Assembly (NCBI RefSeq): GCF_006345805.1
Contig: NW_021835705.1
Span: forward strand, 1-38,031
Reading direction: 5' to 3'
From: Octopus sinensis
Taxonomy: Eukaryota
Length of the DNA: 38,031 nucleotides
Shown: positions 13,390-22,402 of the stretch, one piece after another
How positions within the stretch are numbered: position 1 is the stretch's first letter
Layout: each line of letters starts with the position of its first letter
Position numbers and translations under genes: made by a program
The notes under the pieces: generated by a model
Databases searched by the model: none
What the model was told of the DNA's origin: nothing
Seen by the model: the letters and a program-made list of their open reading frames with translations, nothing else

Positions 13390-13560
13390 GAATATATATG
13401 ACTGAAAAAGCGTAGAAATATAAAGAGGTAAAATGAACAGTCAAAGAAGTGTACAATGATGCTAAATATTCCAGAGAAACACAGCAGAAGAGAATCTATC
13501 GTTTCAGGTGATAACCTTTATCGAAAAGAAGGAAAAGGATTAAGAGAAGTGGGAGGAAAA
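13390..13560 (-). mobile_element. Old Penelope-like terminal repeat fragment with decayed hammerhead
   Basis: Minus strand AATCCTTTTCCT...TTCGATAA AGGT-tatc-ACCT GAAACGATA parallels AATCCTTTTCCT...CTGACGA AGAGC-tcc-GCTC GAAACGTTA at 17602-17647. Confidence 0.4.
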
Positions 13561-13889
13561 GAAACATATACGACACCGAATTTAAGATGTCTTTGTACCT
13601 AGTAGGTCAATAGTAAAATGGTAATGGATGGCTAGCATCGCATGAAGACAAATATTGAAGGGAAATAAAAAAATGCCCACAAACATTAAATGTTACGAAT
13701 CAGGGATCCGTTATATACAACAGCTTAAAAACGTGTAGTTTACCTCAGATGTTTTTCTATTTCTTAAAACATTTATTCTTTGACGTGAATGACTTCCAAA
13801 CAGATGTTGTGAAAATTTCTAATAATGTAAAGACATTTTTTGCTTTTTCATAATAATATTTAATCCTCGAAACGTCGGGAACTTAGTAG

Positions 13890-14177
13890 AAATAGCAGAA
13901 TTAAATCTCTCTTTTCCTTTTTTCATTAAAAGTCATAAAAAAAAACGTTTCTCTTCGTGACCTTCGGTTTAATGGACTTTCGTTATCAGCTGAAATGCTG
14001 TATTTGGCAGCTAACCATATTCTAGAATATAACAGTATTCTCATTGCTGTAGATCGCGCACCAGCAATAACGGGACGACGCAAGTGAGAACTGGAACTTC
14101 TGGAAGACGATATTCCTGATAAAATCACCGCTCACAGTATTACATTCGTACACATACGCGCGCTCACACGCACACAA

Positions 14178-14242
<65 letters not shown>

Positions 14243-15140
14243 AGTGAGAGACAGGGAGAGTGGGAGAGTTTGGCAGCTACTAGCATTAGTTCTAGGTTAG
14301 AGAAATTGATGAAAAAGGTAATAAAAGTGATAAATCTGATAAAAATCTATCTATACGCAGTAACGTCTTCCGAATAGTTCTGTCAGAATATGAATGAATA
14401 ACGTGAGATTGTTTCTCCGTATCTTTGGGTGACGGTTATCGAAAGGAAACTGTTTTGAAAGGTTTATTGCTCAATGTGATATTCAAGTGTTCTTTGGTAA
14501 AGATCAAGGAGATCTCAGTTCATATAATTTAACGACAGGACTTTGACTTCTTATCTCGTTGAAGGTTTTCGTAAATGTATTAAATAACAAACTTCAAGTC
14601 CACCAGAAATAAGTTGGTCGTCTGCAAAACTAAAATGGTTGCATTTAAAGCAGACTGGTTCATTAGAAAGCTGATGTTTTCAGAGACAACCTCTCTCTTG
14701 TTTCACACATTTTAGTAAATATGATCATAGAATATTATATCAGAACACTTCTCTAATATTCATGATGACACGAGCGACAAATTTATGGACCTTTAACAGA
14801 TAAATTGCCTTTCTTCAATCGTTCAGCCATTTCTGTTTAACTGCAAAAATATTAACTGTCTGGTTAAAATGGAAGCTGGTCAAATCAACGATCAAACAAA
14901 ATAAGGCAAAATAAAGACATTCACGACAGCATGAAACCGTTCGAGACTTCAAAAGATTTCCTATTTGGGTGGATCCTAAACTCGTTGACAAATATAACGA
15001 GATTGTTGCACATGTCGTTCAGTAAGTGATTTCGGCTCCCTTCGACAACATATTTTGATGAATGTGTCTTCCGCTATAAAATCGAGGGCGCCTCGTTATT
15101 TGCGAGGGTCGTGACTTTCGAGCTCAAATAAATTCAGTGT
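13890..15140 (+). pseudogene. hAT transposase remnant (Buster/Charlie/ZBED5-like), interrupted by a microsatellite
   Basis: Collinear motifs across frames: AVDRAPAITGRRK*...IPDKITAHS (DGAPAM...HCxxH), RESLAATSIS-RL...VIKVINLIK, RLSKGNCFERF (RWLSKG), SYLVEGF...LNNKLQ, EHFSNIHDDTSDKFMDL...VQPF, PSTTYFDECVF (FPTTYLxExGFS), RLVICEGRDFR. A (CA)(TA)(GA) tract at ~14149-14260 splits the CxxH-R motif. Confidence 0.85.
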
Positions 15141-15602
15141 TGTTATTCGGTTTTGTAGTTTAGTCTCTCTGCCTGTAGTCTCAAGTGGGCATTAAATCAG
15201 ATGGAAGTTCTGCGTTATGAGGATTTCATTATTGCTGTCTGTCGCTTTTGATGATATTCAATAAAGCGCTTTTGGCTTTCATAACAACATATTTGAACAT
15301 TAAATCAGATGGAAATTTTTACGATCAATTGAAATAAGGACTTCTTTTTTTCATTTGATTGCAATTAATATGAAAAAAAAATCAATTTCATAAATTGTTT
15401 CAATAATTACCACTGTGAAAGAATAATTATGAAAAACATTATTGGATCGCAATTCAATATGGCGGGGGAGAAGGGAGGAAACACGAGGTAGTAAAAGCGT
15501 GTGTGTTGGGGGGGTGTGATCTGGGACTTTGAGAAATTCTGTTTCAGCTCTGTAAATGTGTGTGTCAACAGTATAAAGCAGAAACAAAAACAGCCACAAA
15601 GC

Positions 15603-15649
15603 TCATCATCATCATCACCACCACCACCACCACCACCACCACAACCACC

Positions 15650-15683
<34 letters not shown>

Positions 15684-15915
15684 CCACCACCATCATCATC
15701 ATCATCACCACCACCATCATCATCATCATCATCATCATCACTATCATCATCATCATCATCATCATCATCACCATCATCATCATCGTCACTACCACTATCC
15801 TCCTACGGCTCCTCCTCCTCCTCTTCCTCACCCTGCTCCTCCACAGCCTCCTCCTCCTCCTCCTCCTCACCCTGCTCCTCCACAGCCTCCTCCTCCTCCT
15901 CCTCCTCTTCCTCTT
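15603..15915. repeat. Compound (CAT)n/(CAC)n/(CTC)n trinucleotide repeat
   Basis: Direct reading. Includes a short duplication of CACCCTGCTCCTCCACAGCCTCC. Confidence 0.95.
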
Positions 15916-16392
15916 TATTATTATCGCCATCCGAACAGTTCCCAAGGCTATACTTTAGCAGCATTCAATGCTCTGGTAATCAGACCAGAATCAACATCTG
16001 ATTGGCTGCCACAGGGGAAAAACAATATTAATTTACTCAAACAAAGATGGGCAACATTAACTCCTTAAAACAAAAATACCAGGGAACCCTAAAACTATAG
16101 CGCTATAACTTGGTTGCCAACAATATATAAAACTCTTCCAGCTTTAGAGAGCAGTGGTGTATTACTGTAAGAGCACGAAGGCTACAGGAAACGTATTCAT
16201 GGCTGTAGTAAGTAGCGAGTGGCTGCCAGAGTTATAGTAGAGAACAGCAAAATGAAAGGACCCAAAGAATGGTAACTGTAAAATATTTCATAATATACCA
16301 TACATATCAACATAAATAAAGCAGCCTTAATGTTAACGGAATACATAAACCAGGGTATGTCAAAGTGTAAAACAACAATACCGCTATAAGGG

Positions 16393-16880
16393 CATCATCA
16401 ACCATCAGCCAGGTCCAGGTCTCTCTTGCCAAGATTCTGTCTTTGTCCAGGACTCTCTTGCCAAGATTCTCCAGTTATCTCTGTGTTGTGCTTCTTGCAT
16501 ACAATCGTCCAAGCGTTTGTTTCCAATCCATTCTTTGATGTCGTCATTCCACAGACGTCTTTGATGACCCCTGGCTCTCTTCCCTTCGACACTTCCTATC
16601 AGTATGGTCTCGGGTAGGATAGTCTCGGGTAGTGCATTGCTGGTCCAAAATAGGAAAGCTTTGTGGATTTGACTCTGAAAAATAGGTGACATTTGACTTT
16701 CAGATTTTCTCGAATCGCATCATTGTTAATCTGTGTTCCCAGCTTATCCTGCCAAATCTGCAAAAGATCTACATTTCTAAGGCTTCTATCTTTTTCAACA
16801 TAACTGTGTGCATTGTTAAAGATTCTACCCCATAGAGAACAATTGGCATAATGTAATAATCTGCTAACCTCAATTTTAAG
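16393..16880 (-). mobile_element. 5'-truncated RTE-clade LINE 3' end
   Basis: Minus strand KLRLADYYIMPIVLYGVESLT...KKIEALEM*IF-R..RISW and ETILIGSVEGKRARGHQRRLWNDDIKEW...DNWR, the typical RTE ORF C-terminus. Ends in a TGATGATG tail. Confidence 0.88.
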
Positions 16881-17324
16881 ATACCATGTTATTGCCTTTG
16901 AGGTTAAGCTCTATTAGGGAAAGAAAAGGTAATCAAAACCAACCCCTTTCCTATAAGAAGCAGTATCTTCCAGCGAAACACTGTACCTTCGTATTCTTTT
17001 GCCTAGTTCTGACTACATTAAAACTATTTTGAACGAAACCACCAATGGTTATAGATGTCACAGACAAACTATTAACCATCTCTGTGGGTGATAAAACATA
17101 ATATACAACGAGAGATAAAATAGTTCGTAATCTCAGTCAAGACAAGAATGATTGCAAGAATAGATAAATGTACCAAAATTGCGTAAGTTAGTCCATTTAG
17201 GAGGGTGTGTGAAGGCACTGGACAAAAACCAGCATTTAAAAAAAGGACACACACACACATACACACATATACGTAAATGTCGAACGATGAAATGAGTGCT
17301 CAACATCGCATTGGTGGATATAAT

Positions 17325-17530
17325 TTCTTTATTGTGAATTGGTTTCATGTTAAGAAAAGTAGGAAAATATCCTGGTGTCTTAACAATTTTTCATGCTTTA
17401 CATCTTTCTCCATGTGGTCGGCTTGAAAAACTCTTAAGACACTAGGATATTTTTCCACTTTTCTTAACATGAAACCAATGGTAGCCGTAATTCAAAAATA
17501 AAGAATATATATATTCTTTATTTGTGAATT
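17325..17530. mobile_element. MITE-like foldback element
   Basis: ~59-bp imperfect inverted arms at 17338-17396 and 17421-17479 (ATTGGTTTCATGTTAAGAAAAGT... / ...ACTTTTCTTAACATGAAACCAAT), plus an adjacent near-palindrome at 17489-17530. Confidence 0.7.
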
Positions 17531-17553
17531 AGGGAGCTTCCATATATATATAT

Positions 17554-17587
<34 letters not shown>

Positions 17588-17591
17588 CATA

Positions 17592-17755
17592 CATCCATAT
17601 CAATCCTTTTCCTGAGTTTCTGACGAAGAGCTCCGCTCGAAACGTTAAATCCTCCTTCTTTCTTTCCTTTCCTGAGCATCCAATAACACTATACTTGTTC
17701 CACGTCCTCGCGTTCTTGTGTTTTCTCTTTGTGTTTTCATGTCTGGATTAACTTT
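17592..17755 (+). mobile_element. Penelope-like terminal repeat fragment inserted in (TA)n
   Basis: Carries a minimal hammerhead (next feature) and a pyrimidine-rich 3' part, with (TA)n on both sides. The family assignment is inferred from the known link between minimal hammerheads and Penelope-like elements. Confidence 0.6.
17614..17654 (+). ncRNA. Minimal type I hammerhead ribozyme
   Basis: GAGUUU CUGACGA a GAGC-ucc-GCUC GAAA CG UU| AAAUCCUC. Intact core, 4-bp helix II, palindromic AACGUU in place of helix III, short helix I. Confidence 0.72.
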
Positions 17756-17782
17756 ATATATATATATATATATTATATATAT

Positions 17783-17855
<73 letters not shown>

Positions 17856-18919
17856 ATATATATATATATAAAAGTTTATACACACATATAAATGTATAAT
17901 GCATACATATATATTATGCACGCACATATGTGTGTGTGCTAACTGTATGGGCAGAGTGCATAATTTGTAAGCTATGAACTATAGATTATATATAGCAGAT
18001 GAGGCAGTGTTCAATTTACGTCACCATGGTATTGATGAAACGTGATATATAAAGCAAAATAGAGAAAGCGGTTGTCAAAACATGTTAGAAGCAATTAGTT
18101 AATAGATAGATTTTATCAAAATGGAACAGAAGTTCTGTGAAGCATGATTATATAAATCAGAATGGAAACTATTTCAGTCAGATTAACAGTTATACGTTTT
18201 AACTGAATGAGACGATGGCGAGTTGACCAAAATAGAACCGATAATATGATACGAGTGTATGGTTATATTTATATGTGTCTCGAGAAAGTGGTATACTGAA
18301 GAAAATATGAGGAACAGATGACAATTATAGCTTCGTAGCAAATGTGTGTCTAACGGTGAAGTATTATTTGTTGCTCAGAGTACATAGACGTTTGACGGTT
18401 TAATCACTTTCTTTTACTTCGATTTTTAATCTTTTAGCCAGGAAGGAAGGCGGTGTCTATAAGAAAACCTCAGAGATTGGTGGGAAGGAACGAGGAAGGT
18501 TTTCTGAAACTGGAGGCCTGTCCTGAATGCTTGCAACAGAATGGACTTCATTGAATGCTTTTTGTATAGTTCAGTGTGATATTAAATTGGAAGCGATTAA
18601 AGCTGTCTCTGAAGCAGACCCCAGCAGGATTTGAACTTGGAACGCAAAGTTGGAACAAATACTGCAATGTATTCTGCAATTTTGCCAACCCACCGCCCAA
18701 GATTGGTGCTTTGCTTACCGAGTACTAACGAATGAACAGCTAAGTTTATCTCGGAGTAATTTGAGCCCAGAGCGCAGAGTAGGAAGAAATATAGAAATAT
18801 AGAATTGTATCAGAGAATTCGATCTTGGCTCAGCAAAATCACCGAACTATATTCCTGTTGCAATTTTTACCATAATTCGTAATTTTATTTCTCTCCTTAT
18901 TTTTCTCCTCTAGTTAATA

Positions 18920-19493
18920 TTGTTGTTGTTGTTGTTGTTGTTAAGCAACAAGACGGGTAAGGGTGATTTCACTGCGTCCGTTTTGTGGGTTGGGAGACGT
19001 CTGGCAGGTCGGGAGCGGAAGCCCACTTTTCCCAGATCCGAAGGACAAGGAGAGGGTCACTGGCCAGAGCGCCTGGGTGGGGGTTGGCATTTGCGGTGGG
19101 TGATGGATCCATGGACAGTCGTAGATGACATGCTCCGCCATCTCTTCCCCCACTCAGCACTTTCTGCAGGTTCTGTCTATGGCTCAGTAAATCTTGTAGA
19201 GCCAGTACTTGAGGTCCGGGTGATGACCACTTCTAAGTCTGCTGAGTGTTACCTGCTGCTGCCTGGTTAGAGACGAATCAGCGGCTCTGCTCACTTTCTC
19301 TCCATGGTCGCCGTAGATCATCTTGACTCTTTCGTGTTTGAAGGGAGGAGGTTTAAGTGCTCGGTGGATCGCTGCGTTCAAGAATTTGGACCTGGGGATC
19401 TACGTTTCCAGCGACTTCAAGGGTCACCTCCCAGTGTCGGGCATGAACGAAGAGCCCTCGACTACAACAAGACGACCATGTTGTTGTTGTTGT
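18920..19493 (-). mobile_element. 5'-truncated I-group (RNase H-bearing clades) LINE 3' end with (AAC)n tail
   Basis: Minus strand LTRQQQVTLSRLRSGHHPDL followed by a frameshifted CCHC knuckle CRKC...EEMAEHVIYDCP. (TTG)n at 18920-18942 and 19479-19493 flanks both ends. Confidence 0.82.
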
Positions 19494-20547
19494 GGCGGTT
19501 ACTCAGCTCTTGGTAATTATTGATCCAGTAGCCCTGTGCTCCATGTCATTGCAGATACATCAAGCACCACATCATCTCATGTGTCCTTCTCTGTCATTTG
19601 AAAGGGCGTGATGGCTGTTGTAAGATTTGAATGAGATTTGACTGTTATTTCTAACCAAAAATCAAGTGAGCGCCTAATGGTTCCGCCTTTCTGTTTGTTG
19701 CTTTCGTTACGGATTTTGAATTTAGGTAAAACGAGATGTGCTTATCCTACGCTTCATTGACGTACAGAACACAATTAATAATGAGTTTATCGAGTCATGC
19801 TGAGTTTCAAAATATGATACAGAGAATGGATGGGATAAACTTCTCTATTATATTTATTAATAATCTAAATGTATTCAGGAAAGAGAAAGAGATAGACAGA
19901 AAACAGAGAGAGAGAGAGAGAGAGATTTGTTTATATGCGACAAGTAGAATCTCATAACTTATCAGATTTTTATTGGTGATCTTCTAGTGGTTGTTTGGCC
20001 GCTGGTCAGCCTTGATCGGAGAAAATTATAATTAAAGGTATTTCCGCCACGACTATCTCATTCATTTTCAAATATCCTGTACCTAAGTCTACACTATTCA
20101 ACCGTTCATTTCCCTTTTTAACCTTATAACGTTTCAAGGATGAATATGAAGAAAGTTTTCTTTTATCTATTTATTAACCCATTTCGGTATCTGACATAAC
20201 AAAAGCTAACACACGAGCACGAGCATACAGGGATGGAACGTCGAGTATTACCACCTGGCAGTGGGGGCTAGGGGCTTCATTGAAAGAAAAATGACAAAGC
20301 TATTCAAAAGAGGATTTGTTTTTTTTAGCTCGGAGCTGAGAAAACTAATAGGGAGAGTACAGGAGGCGGTCGAAAAAGCCAGCTTCTATATATGGCTGAA
20401 GCGGGAAGACCAAAATGGTTTGAAAGTCATGACATGCCGGCGGGAAATAACATTATTAGGTGAGACAAGCTGACACTGAATTAGCTTCGCTGACTGACAG
20501 GTGACGGTCTCGTTTAGAGAATGCGTGGGCTAAGACTACGCGCCTTC

Positions 20548-20655
20548 ATTGGTCAGGTAAAGTTGAGACTGTGTCACATGACATCTTGCTGGGGCTGCCT
20601 GCTGGAGGCTAGCGGCAGGTATTTAAAGGGAAAATATTTGACAAGTCAGTCAGTC
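20548..20655 (+). promoter_or_regulatory. Pol II core-promoter-like module inside the Hero-like 3' region
   Basis: ATTGG (reverse CCAAT, 20548), near-palindromic E-box GTCACATGAC (20573-20582), TATTTAAA (20620) and TCAGT Inr matches at 20646 and 20650, whose A lies 28 and 32 nt from the TATA start. Confidence 0.45.
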
Positions 20656-20776
20656 GCCGGCTGACACTCGCTGACGCTACACCGAAGAGGCCAGGGAACA
20701 GAAGAAAGAAGACATGCACCCAACACCAGAGCTAGAAGACACCACCGAAAGGGGGGGGGGCCCTGCCACATCAAAA

Positions 20777-20828
20777 TGGTAGATGAGTAGGGGCCGAAAC
20801 CGGACGTGATTCCTCCTGATGATGGCTT
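20777..20828 (+). ncRNA. Candidate hammerhead ribozyme with non-canonical (pseudoknotted) strand connectivity
   Basis: UGGU A| GAUGAGU ag GGGCC GAA ACCG gacgug AUUCCUC CUGAUGA u GGCUU. Helix III UGGU/ACCG, helix I GAUGAGU/AUUCCUC (6 of 7 pairs), helix II GGGCC/GGCUU, intact CUGAUGA and GAAA, GUA cleavage triplet. Confidence 0.55.
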
Positions 20829-20893
20829 GAGCTAACTGGATCCTACAAAGGAGCTGTTGTGGTAGCAGACCACGAAACACAGTTGAAATTCCT

Positions 20894-21065
20894 CATACAT
20901 ACATACGTACATACATACGTACATACATACATACATACATACGTACGTACGTACGTACTTACATACATACATGCATGTACACACACACACACACACACAT
21001 ACATACATACATACATACATACATACATACATACGTACGTATGTACTTACGTACTTACATACATA
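20894..21065. repeat. (CATA)n/(CGTA)n/(CA)n microsatellite
   Basis: Direct reading. Confidence 0.95.
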
Positions 21066-21400
21066 GATATCTTCAGGAGATTACGGTCCCAGCCATTTGT
21101 ATACAATACTGTGCTTTAACTACAGCATTAGATCTTTTCAGCTCTTATTTCTAGCAAAATAGGTGTTCTAACAACCCAGTTATATTCAGTAACAGTTATA
21201 ATTTTCCTTTTTAGTAAAACATTGCACACAACTGTCATTATTAATTTATTGTAGTTTCATTAGTGATTGGCTAAATCACTCATACATTTTTATGGTAAAT
21301 ACATATATACTGACGGAGAAGCAAGCCTGGAATGAGCCGAGTCGAACTTTCTCTACTGATGGTAAAACATTGCACACAGGTGTCTATAGTAATACATACC

Positions 21401-21797
21401 GTTTTAGTTGTTTCAGTAATTTGACTGCGGCCATGCTGGATCAAGCCTTTAGTCGAGCAAATCGACCGCAGGACTTATTCTTTGTAAGCCTAGTACTTAT
21501 TCTATCGGTCTCTTATGCCGAACCGCTAAGTTACGGGGGCGTAAAAACACCAGCATCGGTTGTCAAGCAATGCTAGAGGGACAAACACAGACACACAAAC
21601 ACACACACATACATATATATATATACATATATACGACGGGCTTCTTTCATTTTCCGTCTACCAAATCCACTCACAAGGCTTTGGTCGGCCCGAGGCTATA
21701 CAAGAAGACACTTGCCCAAGATGCCACGCAGTGGGACTGAACCCGGAACCATATTGTTGGTAAGCAAGTTACCTACCACACAGCCACTTCTGCGCCT
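21401..21797 (-). mobile_element. Full-length tRNA-derived SINE family B (CORE-like)
   Basis: Minus strand AGGCGCAGAAGTGGCTGTGTGG (A box), GGTTCAGTCCC (B box), TCTTGGGCAAGTGTCTT (CORE-like), internal (TA)/(TG) tract, 3' end ...CTGAAACAACTAAAA. Confidence 0.88.
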
Positions 21798-21811
21798 AAA
21801 CAGAAATGCCG

Positions 21812-21883
21812 TTCCCATGCCGGGAATCGAACCCGGGCCACCTGGGTGAAAGCCAGGAATCCTAACCACTAGACCAATGCGTT
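21812..21883 (-). tRNA. tRNA-Glu(TTC), probably a pseudogene (5' acceptor strand lost or decayed)
   Basis: Minus strand TGGTCTAGTGGTTAGGATT CCTGG CT-TTC-AC CCAGG TGGC CCGGG TTCGATT CCCGG CATGGGAA. D, anticodon and T arms are intact (anticodon at 21848-21850), but positions 1-7 read AACGCAT instead of the TCCCATG needed to pair. Confidence 0.85.
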
Positions 21884-22402
21884 ATAAAATGCTAAAGTGT
21901 GGTAAAGAAAGTGACCTGGTAGTGTTAAGAGAAATCCAAAGACTAAATTCCAAATTCTTAATCAGAGCCAGGTAGTATGGATGTAGAAAGCCGTCTATAA
22001 GAATGGCTTTTAGCGAGCGGGTATGGAAGCTGGAAAGACCGACAAGAAATAGCAGGTGTAAGGAATGTATTTAAAGTTGTATGCACAATTACATCATATA
22101 ATCAAGTCTTTATATTTACAACTGTTTCAGATAATTGGTGACGTGTGTTATAGCCGTTCATATTACGTTATGAAGTCCAGCAATATTGCAGGTGCGTAAA
22201 CACTCATGGAATTTTAAACTTCATTGGATAATATGCATGGTTATAGAATTAGTCATCATTTATCTGAAACAGCAGTTAAGATAAGATTTGATTATACCAT
22301 TAACTGTATACGCAACTTTCCATAAAAATGCATACCTTCTTTGTGCTGTTGTCGGTCTGCCTTTTCTTACACACCCACAAACACACATACACACACGCAC
22401 AA

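Larger units (their letters stand above)
20195..20894 (+). mobile_element. 5'-truncated Hero-like non-LTR retrotransposon (restriction-like endonuclease C-terminus plus 3' UTR)
   Basis: From 20231: GWNVEYYHLAVGARGF...ELRKLIGRVQEAVEKASFYIWLKRED, matching the GW....EVGxRGF...AExASxWIWLKR end of RLE-type elements of the Hero clade. Followed by a ~450-nt GC-richer UTR that ends at (CATA)n. Confidence 0.78.

Noticed and set aside
15501-16001. 166-aa Ser/Pro-rich ORF and overlapping ORFs
   Set aside because: Open in several frames on both strands only because trinucleotide repeats lack stops; no domain or convincing splice context.
16115-16160. CCAAC/TATATAAAA...CAGT promoter-like stretch
   Set aside because: Such motifs are expected by chance in AT-rich DNA, and no downstream gene or element is evident.
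18000-18550. Very old RTE-like LINE on the plus strand (also 4020-4440 on the minus strand)
   Set aside because: Only vague motif echoes; too degenerate to support by eye.
20808-20894. Conventional type I hammerhead joining CTGATGA (20816) to CGAAAC (20873), or a conventional type II fold of 20791-20828
   Set aside because: Helix I does not pair in either model, and the type II reading gives a forbidden G at position 17. Only the non-canonical connectivity gives three helices.
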